This document shows positions 38,101 to 51,665 of a stretch of 64,000 bases of DNA, in pieces. The DNA comes from Octopus bimaculoides. Lineage: Eukaryota. The number at the start of each line of letters is the position of its first letter. Within the stretch, counting starts at the first letter, position 1. The notes under the pieces are model-generated. The model saw only the letters and a program-made list of their open reading frames with translations, did no database searches and was not told the DNA's origin. Made by a program: the position numbers and the translations under genes. The stretch is taken from contig NC_068995.1 of assembly GCF_001194135.2 (NCBI RefSeq), forward strand, positions 54,294,321 through 54,358,320, written 5' to 3'.

Positions 38101-40689
38101 AAGATTTTATAGTGCGCACACCAGTAACGAAAGCATCGATGCATTGATCTACAACCTGATCACTCTTGTTCCGTGTGAACCTCGTTATCGGTAATCGAAG
38201 AATTCAAATATGAATTCCTGTTAGAATCGCTTACATCGCTGATGTGTACACATGCCACACAAGCACCTCTTTAATTCCAAGCTATTGTTCTTGATTTACA
38301 TCGTTATTAATATCACCAAATTATATCACTTGCACTGATGTAATACCAGCCATAATAGGCGGAATTCGAAGCCAGAATAATTAGAAGAGTTTCAATAAAT
38401 AAAATTTGAAATATATTCATATTCGATATGAACAGGAAGTCTTCCGAGAGAAATGTTGTTATAATCGGAGTCTAACCATTGTTTCTCACACATAACGTCC
38501 AAAAGTGTTGGTCCCAAATAACCATATTATTTTACGTTACAGACATTTTAGTACTGTTGGTAAGTCTAGTTCCATGCAATGTGAGACAGAATAAAGGTGC
38601 AAAACTCATTACAGTTGTAGGATAAATCATAACCATTAGATGCATGAAAACAATCTACTTGACTTTAATAATTTTCCTACCCTCGTATTTGAGCTTGTAT
38701 ATTTTTCTTCTTTTTCCCCAATAGTTACTAATCCGGTTTAAATAATGGACCGATGGTACTGTAGAAGAATATGATGCTGAATGCCTGAAGAACCATTTTT
38801 TATGAAAAACATATCGACTAGTAAGTTGCCCGACGTGATAAATTCGATGAATTTAAATATGCTATATATGGCGTAGTATACGCAGTTGGTAATCAAACAT
38901 TTAATTTCAACGTCCCTGGGATACACGTGTAGACTGGTGCTTACATTTAAGATTTTGAGCTAGAGATATATGCCATCTAGAGTGGAACTCTACATACTGG
39001 TTCGACATGCTAAGATTAGGAACCAGTTCTCATATAAACAAGGAAAGCTTATGATATTTTCGATAATAATATGGTTAGGACTATTATATTCCCGAATAAT
39101 GTAACACCAATATCACCGATACAATGCCAGTTAAATTAGAACTCTTAAGTCAGGACCTGCTTGGATTGAAGCAATGTCAACCAGAAAGTAAAACCGCCTG
39201 CGACAAAATATGAGTCGTATAATAAATAGGGGTAGTCTGCTCAAAACACCACCAAATATATAATTAATCGCTTCTAGAGGAAAAGTGCCAAATCTACCTG
39301 GATTTTATATGAAGCCGAGAAATAGTGAAAACAACTTAAATATCTTAAGGAATTTACTGCAGCTATATTTTCATAACTATTTCTCCATCATTACATTTGT
39401 TATTGGTCGAGTTATCTTCGTCCATTCATTAATGTATTCAATATCTTGTACCATCAATGTCTTACGCATGAAGAAATCTCGTTCTTCAATCATTCATAGA
39501 GAACATATAATTAGATTTAAGTTTATCGCAAACACGTTTATTTTGAAACTACTATTTTCGTTGATAGGCTTTCATAAATTATCTCTCATTTAAACAAATA
39601 TGTGACCACTTTGAAGTGCTGAATTTAAGGAGACTTCGTAGTCAGGAGAGCTATCGGTAATTACGTATGAATGAACATAAGTATGTAAATGTCTTCCTAT
39701 GCAAAGAAAATAATTAGCAATGCTGTTAGCTGACGCATTTTGCATTGTAAATCATTAATGTGTTTAAGAAATTGAAAGTACAGATATGGTAACAATTCTT
39801 TCTCTTTTCGACCGATAGTTCTCCTCGGGGAATAACATTTGTTAATATTTTAATCATAAAATAGGATTTTGCTTTCTAAGGTTTCACAATCAGATTTCGT
39901 TTTCAATTACTACGCAGCAAAATACAAATAAGATTATTTAATAAAGCAGAAAAAAAGGTAATATTTTTATGTTTATGGTTCTTCTTAGAACTCAGACAAC
40001 AAAAACTACTATAGCTGCGAAGCACAACCATATTTTCATCCCAAGGCGCAGAGGAACTCCATAAACTTCTATATTTTATGACCTCACAAACCAAAAGTAT
40101 GTATGTATGTATGTATGTATGTATGACTCTNNNNNNNNNNNNNNNNNNNNNNNNNNNNNNNNNNNNNNNNNNNNNNNNNNNNNNNNNNNNNNNNNNNNNN
40201 NNNNNNNNNNNNNNNNNNNNNNNNNNNNNNNNNNNNNNNNNNNNNNNNNNNNNNNNNNNNNNNNNNNNNNNNNNNNNNNNNNNNNNNNNNNNNNNNNNNN
40301 NNNNNNNNNNNNNNNNNNNNNNNNNNNNNNNNNNNNNNNNNNNNNNNNNNNNNNATATATATATACACATATATATATTTATATTTATATATACACCCGT
40401 ACACACACACACACACACATATTTGTTTACGGTGAAAAGGTCAGATAGCAGGCGAAGTAGTGTTCCGAGCCTATTTCCTTGTGGGATTCAGTTACATCTT
40501 TTTATTAGATGACGTTAAATTATAGCCTGATAATAAAACTGAGGAACAAACATTTTTCGTATTTGTGAGACCAGACAGTCGATGTGTGCATGTCTGTAAA
40601 CATTTTTGTAATTAGTATATTATACCTAATATGGTTAAATATTTTCTGAATAACACTGTACGCTATGTTTAATATTTATCATAGCCCAA

Positions 40690-40842
40690 TTGTGGCCAGA
40701 AGTTTGTGTCCAAGCCGTATGGTTTCTGGTTCAGTCGCACTGCTTGGCATCTTCTACAAGTTTCTTCAGCTGTAATCTTGGGCTGACCCATGTCTTGTGA
40801 AATGATTTGGTTAAATTGAAATTACAAGAAGCATGTCTCACA

Positions 40843-40899
<57 letters not shown>

Positions 40900-41150
40900 A
40901 CACACAGACATACACATATATATATATATATATAAATGAGTGTGTATGTATATATGGTATATATATGTGTGTTTGTGTGTGTGTGTGTGTGTGCTTGTGT
41001 CTGAATTTGTACCTCATCAATGCTTGGCAGCCGGCGTTGGTGCGTTTATGCTCTCGTAACTTCATGAATCGGCAAAAGAACTGATAGAATAAGTACCATG
41101 GTTTAAAGAAAGAACTACTGATGTTGACTCTTTAGGCTAAAATTCCAAAA
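40690..41150 (+). mobile_element. SINE family B with internal (CA)/(TA)/(TG) microsatellite
   Basis: ggttcagtcgcactgcttggcatc...ttgggctgaccc...microsatellite...gcttggcagccggcgttggtgcgtttatg...cggcaaaagaactgatagaataagtacc. Confidence 0.75.
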
Positions 41151-42783
41151 TGAAACAGGTAAAAATTAAACGCCAAAAGATCGTTCTTTTTAAATACTCA
41201 GGCATTCTCTCTTTTAGCGAAATAATGTAGAAATATCCTTCTTTATCGAAAGACTATCTAAATACCTCACAATATCGTTTGTCTTGTATATCATACATTT
41301 TATATCTTACATATTAAAACTTCATTCCTGTAAACTAGATTGTCCAAGGGTATGAAATACTCTTCTTTGTGTGATAGTTTAGTTTCGTTATACAGACGAA
41401 TTTTAGATATAATCGTGTTTGTAGTGTTTGGAGAAAACTTTTGACGATTTCCTTTTTAGCTTTATATCTGAATGTCTCTAAGACATACAGCGAATGTTTG
41501 TTTCGAATACATATATGAATATTTGATTAATGTTACCTCAGAATTAAATTATTCCAATATATTATGGATGCATTCGCCGAAAGTGATAAGATAAAATGTT
41601 GTGGCATGTGGAATATAAAGTGCACTTTAATAGAAGAAATATGCATTCAAAAAGTGTATATTCACTTTCCAACGTATTTCATCGTCAGCGCTACATACTG
41701 GTCTCAATAATAATACATGTCGACGAAAGGACCAGGGATATATCATAACTGTGATGCTTAGAATATTGATAGAGGCGGTACGTTTATGTACCTTCTATTC
41801 AATATAAAATTCTTCATACATGATCCATGTAATTAAAAATTAGAACGACATACCAGCTGAAAAAACAGTGGCCTCTTTCTCTTTGATAAAACATGGAAAA
41901 TGTCGAAATATGCATGTAGTTTTGCTATTGTCTCATGGATAATTAAGTTGTTATTAATTTCTAAGCATTTTGTTCAGTGTAAATGGATGTTTCCGATCGT
42001 AACATTTAATACTAATGTAAGTGAGTATTATATCTGTAAATGTTAATGACAGTAAAGAGACCTTCCGCCTTTGTTGATATACAGCTGTCTAATACTTGCC
42101 ATTACATAGCCCTTAAGTAAACATCCGCTTTTTTGAATAGGTTTGAATTGATTCTTTATCATATAGCATTACAGCATAAAAAGCCAATTAATAATCCGTT
42201 CTTGATGTACATTGTACTGTATATTTATTAAATGCCATTTGCGGAAAAAATATATTAATACTTAAGTTTCAGTTGGATGCATAAAGGCCCTCTAATATAT
42301 GCCAACTGGTTCTGAAGAACGCTTCAAATTTTTAGGAGAGTGCTGCAAGAATGATAGATTTTGGTAAATTGTTTGATTTAATGTTCCTTTAAAACCTTTT
42401 TCCGCTATAAAATACTGGATTCGGTGACACCACTTTCATTCCGTCAGTTAACAAATGGATGCTGCCAGATGTATATACCTACTGAAAGAAGAAACGCAGT
42501 TGTCAATGATATTAATTAAATCCTGTGTATAAATAGATTTCGAAATACCTCCGAGCTGTAACTAATGCAAGTTAACTTAAAATTTAAGAATGCGCTCGTG
42601 ATAAATATGCATTATAATGATGAGTTAAGTTTCAATTCCGATTCCATAGTTTTGGCGCTTTAATTTAAAAATATGAATATCTCGACACCACAGATGTTTA
42701 ACTTTCAGAAATCATTATATGTTAGAAATAAGTGTTTTTTGCATTTATTTCATTGATTTCAAGTTTTCGTAGAAATCATTCAG

Positions 42784-42804
42784 CCCTAACCCTAACCCTA
42801 ACCC
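42784..42804. repeat. Short interstitial telomere-type tract (CCCTAA)3CCC
   Basis: ccctaaccctaaccctaaccc read directly. Confidence 0.9.
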
Positions 42805-43609
42805 CATAAATTCATATATATGAACGGTAGTGATTTTGTTTTATTTTGGGATGGTCATTTTTTTCTTTCAAAATAAACGCACGCACAATACATTCATTCT
42901 TCACTTCAAATTTATTGTTGTTCCATTATCTGGAAATCCTTCCTCACCCAATCTGTGACCTCATCCTGTGAAGAGGTCACAAGTTGCGGGTCGAAATATT
43001 TCCAAACTCCTGGCACAAAATTAGAACAATAATAAACAAGGGTAGAACGAATATGTAGTGCGTGTGCTTATGTGGAAAAAAAAATAAATGATAATCATGA
43101 ATTTTAACAATATTTGTTTCTATTCACGATTTTACATCAGTAATATTCATAGTAATTACATAAACGTAATATTAATGTTGAATTTCCCGGTAATACACAA
43201 CTTTACGAAATACTGCTTATATAACCTCTAAAAAGAACTCGAAATACAATGAACAAGTTTAAGTTTTATCGATAATACTTGCTATGGAATGACCGCAAGG
43301 TTTTCCGGAAATTACCCTCCAGCTTATTTCGTAAACTTATATTAGGCTTCTAATTACATACGGCGAATGCAGCCATCTTACACTATCTTAGAGTAACGTG
43401 ATATAATCAAGCGTCTCGATTTCTGGCGTGCCTGTGAGATTGGTATATTATTTTCCCAGAGACAATGCTCTATCTTTAATTTATGATGCAAGTTCTGTCA
43501 TTGTAATGATTTAGTGCAATATTAACTTGAGTTATAATTACTGTAACCGACATTTATTTCCATCTGACACACTCACACTCACACATCGCTACTAAATCAG
43601 AAAATTTGA

Positions 43610-43610
43610 T

Positions 43611-43664
<54 letters not shown>

Positions 43665-43705
43665 ATAATAATAATAATAATAATAATAATGACGATGATG
43701 ATGAT
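43610..43705. repeat. (CTA)n(ATA)n(GAT)n compound microsatellite
   Basis: Read directly. Confidence 0.95.
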
Positions 43706-44020
43706 AAGATCGATAGAAGATGAAGAAAAAAGAAACAACAACAATATAATAATGATAACTAACTGACCCTGTGGGTATACTATAGTTTAATTAGAAACGA
43801 CTATGAAGCATTGAAGATCAATATGGAATCTTAAATATTTCATTAATAAATTACAAAAGATATACACAAACAATATAGAGAGTACTTAATTACATATATA
43901 CAAAATATAATGAACATATTTAACGAATGACTGAAACTATGGAAACGGAATGTTTTTGCTCAGACATATAATGGAGAAAAAAAACAAATATTTCGGTGAC
44001 AGATATATCTGTGTCTATAA

Positions 44021-44049
<29 letters not shown>

Positions 44050-44051
<2 letters not shown>

Positions 44052-44258
44052 GCTTCAAATTTTGGCATAAAGTCAACAATTTCGAGGAAGGAGGTCAGCT
44101 GATGTCATCGACTCTAGTGCACAACTGGTGGTATACATTGTATGAACCCCAAAACGATGAAGGGTAACGTTGATATCTGCGGTATTTGAATTTAGAACGT
44201 ATCGACGGACGAAATGGTAGTAATCATTTTTCCCGGCATGCTAACGATTCATTATTAC
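44050..44258 (-). mobile_element. SINE family A
   Basis: ttcaaattttggcataaag...catcgactctagtgcacaactgg...accccaaaacgatgaaggg...atttgaatttagaacgta...gctaacgattc is the reverse of family A. Confidence 0.75.
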
Positions 44259-45742
44259 CTGGGTCGATAAAATAAAGTATCTATGAAGGACCTAAATGTC
44301 TAGCCTTGTAGTTAAAGCAGAATATTAATTATTTTTATCCGTGCTAGTATTAAGTAAGCGGGAATCATGAAAGATTAGAAGGAGGAGTAGGATGAGAAAG
44401 GGGAGGAGGAAGATATTCGCTTACGCTCAGAATACTTTAACGTCTTTGATTAATGTAAGACTTATTATACAGAATTATTCATCATACCTGATCAAAGGCA
44501 CATTCAGGAGAATATTTAGAAATCATATCCATCTATGCAAACCTTCTAAAGTAAGATGCCTCCATAGCTTAACTCATCATTGCTCTATCGTCCACTTCCG
44601 AACGTAGCCATAACTATAAAATCAATTGATGTATCCCCATGGTTTATATTCTATGTGTCTTCAAAGAAAATCATATTAAGCACTCATTTCCCATAACTCG
44701 CACTCGTTTTCTATCTCAGACCAGTGTGTGATATTTTATTGCTCCGAAATATTCAACTTCAGAAACCCTTATCAAAAAGTTTGGGTCATCAGGCGTGAAA
44801 GATAACGGAGAGAATAACTGACTTATCTGAAATAGAAAATCGATAGTTTGCATGTTATCAACTGTTGGTAGGAGTCGCATTGTTATCTGTAACACTGAAT
44901 AATTAGGATGCAAAAATATATTTGCAGTTATAGTAGACGAGGTATGTGTGTATCATGTTCGTAAAATGTTTCATTGCAAATCGATATTTACACCCAAATA
45001 TTAGCAAAGCGTGTACAAATCGATATGCCGAAACCACATAAGCCTCTTATCTTACCTGAATTTTTAAAACAATAATGATAGAAATATAACGTTGACTCTG
45101 ATGAGTGGTACAATAGCACTTATCTGGACAATGACCTCTAATGTTATTCACATTCTAGGAAAACAAAAAGATATATAGTTCATAAAAACGTATCTGTACT
45201 GAATTGAAATCACAGGTCTATAGTTAACTGGCCCGAACACATCACATTTATTACCGCTTGTGTTTGAAAGACAATGAGCAATCCTCATCGAAGGCGTTGC
45301 AAGAGACAGAGTAGGCGATCTCCCTCAAATTACACACTACCGTCTATAAAGTCTACTGTAGCCATTTACATCATAAACTCGAATAATAAATGATAGTGAT
45401 ACTGAATGTAAGAGCATGCAAAGACACTCAGGAAATTCCAAACAACTGATACTTGCTGCGTCTATATCCCATCGTCTACAGCGTTCCAACTATTCTGGGC
45501 GGTAACAGAATTGTCGATTCAAAAGTATGAGATGCGAATTTAACTTGAGTGATATTTGACCTTCCAGTACCGACACTCAGAACGTTTGAAGAATATTCAA
45601 ATTAGCGCATCTCTCGTTCCTTTTGGTTTGTAACACATATTAAAAATTCCAGCATCAAACAGTGGTGCTGCTATGGTTTGAGTTTAGGAAACAGAATTAA
45701 GTATGGTGTTATCCATACAATTCGCAAATAAGGTGATTTAAA

Positions 45743-45926
45743 TCAAAATAAGCAACAAGGATATCCAAAGTTAATGCAGTACGATCGTTTCGTGCGACTG
45801 CATTTATTTAAGCAATGTGAACATTGTATTTCACATTCGATGTAATGTTCACATTGCTTAAATAAATGGAGTCGCATAAAACGATCGTACTGCATTAATT
45901 TTGGATATCCTTGTTGCTTATTTTGA
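45743..45926. mobile_element. Foldback/MITE-like element: 83-bp inverted arms, 18-nt spacer
   Basis: Arms 45743-45825 and 45844-45926 are reverse complements with 4 mismatches counted by eye. The palindrome is certain; the MITE identity is inferred. Confidence 0.8.
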
Positions 45927-45927
45927 C

Positions 45928-45999
<72 letters not shown>

Positions 46000-46095
46000 T
46001 GTGTGCGTGTGCGTGTGTATATATAAGTGTATATATGTGTATATATATATATAAGTGTATATATGTATATATATATATATATATATATTATATAT

Positions 46096-46127
<32 letters not shown>

Positions 46128-48769
46128 AAAGTACACACACGCATATGTGTACGTGTGTTGTATATAAATGTGATCCTCTATATGCGTTTTAGTACAGCGA
46201 CAACAAAGGTTATCTATTCGCATGGCGTTAGGAGAAAAGTTTACGAGGGAAGCAGTTTTTAAAGACGATACGCTATTATTTATAAACGAATATATCACGC
46301 CCTGTGTATTGATTACTGTAGACGTTATCTAAAAGGATTCTGTGACTGAACCATTTTAGAACAACATACGAGACAGAGCAGCAAAGAAGTGTGTTGCCGA
46401 CCTAGATTTTTCCGATCTTGTTTCGGTGGTAACAACGGATGTTTTCTTTTTACTGTAATGGTAGTGTAGTATAGAAATTATACTACTCGATATACCACAT
46501 TTTGCAATTGAAACATTTCACCTTCAGCTTCAGATTATATCTGTCTGTGCCATAAACTAATTACTAGCTGTATACTATAGACGATTAAATAAGCTGTTAC
46601 AACCCAACAAAATTACTCGTATGTCTAGTATATAAAACATTATCTATTGTTAGTTTGTAATCACGTCACCTTTAAAAACGACAATGCTCCGATGTAGTTA
46701 TATCTTTCATTGTGCAAAGAAACAAACACAGTCACATACACACAACGCGCACGTATTCATTCTTATACACTAGAGAGGCAGTAACTTTTTATTACTATAG
46801 CTTTTCTTTGCAATGTTTTCAATTTCTGTTGATGTTTTATAACTGCTGGAGTTCAGTGTGTGAAAAGGAGCAAGGAATGGTATTTTGAATGGATATTATT
46901 GTTGGTGCGTTAGAAAAGAAAGTTTTACGTGCAGATCAGAATTATATTATTACAATTACTTGAAAAAAAAAGTTTGATGTAATTAAAGCTTATAACACCA
47001 TCAACATGGAACGAACAACATAAAACCATTAACCACGTTTACTATTGACATAATGCCGACTACTAAAATAAGATTCCAGTTTTGCAGCTTATGGTAAAAA
47101 AAAACAAAACAAAAAAAAACAAAAAGAAAGACATGAATATCAGTGAGAAACATTGAGAGCACTTAATTTACTTAGTAATCTGAAATCATTGCTCCCAAAA
47201 CACTAACATGGCAAGAAGAATAAACATGACACAACATCCATTTCTGAATTGTTCGCACATAATAAATATGTTCTGGTTTGTAGAGTGTATGTATGCGGTC
47301 TTCACAGTGTTTTTATTGAAGAAAGCTATAAATGTTTCATGAAATATATTATTAAGAATCGACGAAGTTTATGAGATGTGTACTGTATTCCACTATTAGA
47401 AGAAAGACGAAAATGTATCTATTTGTTCTGTACACAATGCATTCGGCTAAATGTTTCAAATGTTGGTGATGTTAGTTATCTTAACAATGATGACGAGTGA
47501 GGCTGATTTATCTCCGACTTTATTTACATCCATTGCGAAATAACTTTCGTTTAGTAATATACGATTTGTGCGAACTAAAAAAAAAATATGTTGTTATTTT
47601 GTAGCGACATCCTTTGTGCAATACTTTTGCATAGTTTATGTCGTGTAAACTTTTTGACTAAAACTGGAGAAAGGGAAACAATACGAAAGCTCAATGCATT
47701 GGCTTTACTTCAGACATGAAATATTGCTGAACACAACACCACCGCTTGGCCTCTGACAGATTCTACCACCAATATATGCATTCTCCATTTTCTAAGTTTC
47801 CATTTTCTTTTAGGTTTAGTACTCTAAATTATATTCTTGGAAACGAAACTTCCTCTAAATAATCCAGTATAAAAACCTATTTTCAGATTTTTATGAGAAT
47901 ATATTGATATTTTTCATTGCTCAGATCTCGTTAAACTAAATTACCAGTATTTAACTGTGATGTATTTATTCAAAATTTTAAAGGTTATTTTTTATCGATC
48001 AATCCGTTTAGGAAGAAGAGAGTTAGTATCTTTTTGCAACGGTGAGGGGGCAGAAATCCAAGGACTGGAACAGAGAAATAAATAACTAGATGTGTAATAA
48101 TAATAATTTGATATTTTACCATTTTAGTGCCCAAAGAAACGCGATCAAGTTAAATCGAGCAACGGTTGCGGTTCTTTATCATATTATTTGAATATAAAAC
48201 AAGGACTATCAATGCCGCACACCTCATCTGAGATTCAATCACAAAAGTATCCAACTTTGCTTTATAAAGCAGATTAAAATGCACGTTAACTATTATTATC
48301 CTTGGTACTTTTCTATTTTCGATCAGAGAGCTATACACGAATTTTAATTCGCATGCTTCCTGGTGCTAAAGAAAATATCTTAGGTAAGAAATTCCAGGGA
48401 ATTTATATTCATGCGAGGCATGTTGGACATATTCTTTTCTTTTCTCATGCTATTTGTTATAGACATAGTCCCAACGATTGGCGTTACGGGTTAAACCGCG
48501 AAGTGTAGCGGCGAATTTTCAGTTGTAAAACAACCTACCTTCTTAACACAGAGAACAAACGTATACCAGTTTGCTATCGTTATAGATGAGATGCATTTAA
48601 ACATATATATGCAAACTTCAGTTGATCAAACACTAAATAAAAATCTCACAATTGTCGTTTAGAGCCATTATTGTTTGCAGGTTCTCTTCTAATTTATTAA
48701 AGGAAGGAACCATACAAGGACATGTGGTTAACTTAGTACTTAACCTGATAACGGAGTTAGAGTTATTAT

Positions 48770-49090
48770 TCTTTTTCCTGTTTATTATGATTGTTATTAT
48801 TATTATTATTATTATTGTCAATATTGTTACTATTATATATGTTGTTGTTGTTTTTGTCAATGTCTCCTTTAAGTCTTCTAAACTAAGGATCACTAATTTG
48901 TTGCAACTCAACTGAAAATATCCAAGGAAGAATAAAACAATATTGCAATCGAAGAATACGAACTGAATGCAAAAATATACTAAATAAACATGTTTGACTA
49001 CAAGTAGGATTTAGAAGTGCCGTGGGTATTGATTGTTCCGAAAAATGCGTGTCTTGCAAATATGACTGTACAAATATTTTTCCTGACAAA
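48770..49090 (-). mobile_element. Possible 3' end of another RLE-type LINE with (AAT/AAC)n tail
   Basis: Minus strand, across frameshifts, reads LQ../..FFGTINT.. similar to the LQK..L.GT..ILR..L C-terminus, followed by a short UTR and (AAC)/(AAT)-rich tail at about 48790-48850. Confidence 0.35.
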
Positions 49091-49797
49091 TTCCGTTTAA
49101 TAGTCTAGTTAAGGACAACGTTTAATGAGAATATATGAGTAAGGAAAGAAAACAACGAGAAAATATCTCATAGAGAGAATCTAATCTAATGTGAGAGGAA
49201 AACTGGTGGAAATGTTCCTTTCTTCAATAAATTCCCAAATGTCACTACGCATTATCACCAAATATTAATGGCAGCTTAATCAATTTTGATGTTTAAAATG
49301 CTTCGCTGCTTCTGAAAAGCGAAATATATATACACGTCAACATGATTCTCGATAAAATTTCATATTTTACTATATTTACGAAACTAAAAATAAGAAAATA
49401 AAATAATCGCCAAAATATTAGGTGAGAGAAAGCAAATCAATGCATAGACTTCATATCTCAATCAACAGGAATGTTGCTCTAAATAGTGAACAAATTCTCA
49501 AAAAAAAAAATAATAATAAATAAATAATAAAATACAGAAACAGAAAAGAAGGGAAAATGAAAAATATTGATTTAAATTTGAACAATTCTTTTGACACGAA
49601 TTTAGCTAAAAATTGAAAACTGCAATTTTCACTTTTCGTATCAATTTCTACTTTAATTAGATATAGTTAAATATCCATTTTCCCCATTTCGATGAAACAA
49701 AACATATGTATGCTGCAAGTAAGTGTATACACACACACACACAAGCACAAACATATATATATATTGTGTGTGTATGTGCGTGAGTGTATAAATACAT

Positions 49798-49856
<59 letters not shown>

Positions 49857-50894
49857 GTAGGTGTGTGTGTGTGTGTATGTGTGTGTGCGACATTCACATT
49901 ATAACTATAGGTATTCTTTCAAAAAATGAGGGACTTAGTTTGCAAAAACGGAACACATTCGCCATTAATGAACTTTGAGCTGAGGACTAAGATAAGTGTT
50001 AATTTGCCGATTCCTGAGAACTTTTATCACGCCATGCAGTTACATATACCCCAAATATCCTCATGGATTTTCACCTGCCTTTATTGAAGTAGGAATGAGA
50101 TACTGAGACACGTATCAATGTCGTAACGGTTGTATGGTTTTTTTTTCTGTTCGCTACATATTTCTTCGCCTTGAATACTGATAGGTTTTTCTTATGCTCA
50201 GAAACGTGACAGAATAACACAGTGTGTCCCTTAGCTTGGTTTCCAGTTTTAAAAATAACCCATATTGTGCCTTATACCTATATCATTCGTGCTTTAGAGG
50301 GTAAATAAAAGAACAAATGGATTTAGTAATACTCCGTTGAATCAACGCTCATTTCTCTCGCATCTTCGTAGCAACTTTAGATACTAGAGGACATATTTCT
50401 TTCAAACAATGCTTTCATCTCGCCTGAACCTTTCATGTCGAATGCTCGTGCGTTGCAAATTGTGTTTGCAAATGTCAAAATTGCCCTTCCAATCAAACAT
50501 CTCATGTCACTGATGTTACTGCATGCACATTTTGTTTTACTGACTTTGCTCGTTACAGAAGTATTGTTATACTCTTCTCGACAAAATAATTCTTGGCTGC
50601 AATTTCTCTATTTTACTCCATTAAATTGATCGGTAAAACATCACGATAACCCGAGTAATTTTTCATATGTTGGGTATAATCCATATGCAAACAATGCAGG
50701 CACTTTCTTATAATATTTAGCATCGGGAATTTTGATACGTCACGATTCTGTATAAAGATACATCCTATAATTACAATCTTACTGGAAGGCAGGATTAAAA
50801 AAACACAGCATCCTCTTCCATTATGATTAGCATTGGCTAGCATTTATCTTTAGAGTGTGGTATCAAAACAAGGCTTAATAGATAATCAGCGATC

Positions 50895-50960
50895 TCTACT
50901 ACTACTAACCCCACCACTTCTACTACTACTACCACCACCAAATTCACCACCACCACCACC

Positions 50961-51001
<41 letters not shown>

Positions 51002-51218
51002 CATCACTACTACTACTACTACTACTACTCAAAATTAAAAGATAAGAACAGCTATAGTAACAATCAGTATAATGATGATGATGATGATGATGACGATGAT
51101 GGTGTATGATGATTATCATGATGATGATGATGATGAAGATGAGGAAGATGATGATGATGATGATGATAGTAATGATGATGATGATCATGATAATGATTCT
51201 CTTCATCATAAGGATGGC

Positions 51219-51287
<69 letters not shown>

Positions 51288-51290
51288 CTC
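50895..51290. repeat. Long compound trinucleotide microsatellite (CTA/CCA/GAT/AAT)
   Basis: Read directly; source of several homopolymer ORFs. Confidence 0.97.
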
Positions 51291-51603
51291 AAGGTCACAA
51301 TACTTTAGGGATGCAGAAGGCGATTATTATCAAAATCAGTTCTTCAATATACTTCATTTTATCGACAGACTAAGGAACATCAAAGAAACAGTTGGTCTCG
51401 GTTTATTAGAGCCATGAAGTTAGAGGGCCATAATGAAATACAATAATATAATTTCCTCTCTTCTCATCTGATGTTACTGATCTTCTAATGCCGAGTGCAT
51501 TGAGGTTGATTATGATGACAGTGACGACGACGACGACGACGATAAAGAGGAGGAGAGGCGGAGGTATATCAGGCGGAATATGATGAGGATGATGACTACG
51601 GTG

Positions 51604-51635
<32 letters not shown>

Positions 51636-51665
51636 GATGATACCGCTACTGCTCATACCACTGCC

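Noticed and set aside
39989-40096. 108-nt AG...GT interval as an exon
   Set aside because: All three frames contain stops, and the donor is the start of a (GTAT)n microsatellite.
46235-46440. Second mariner 5' end (tacgaggg..., EQQRSVL)
   Set aside because: Too short and degenerate, and no partner TIR found.
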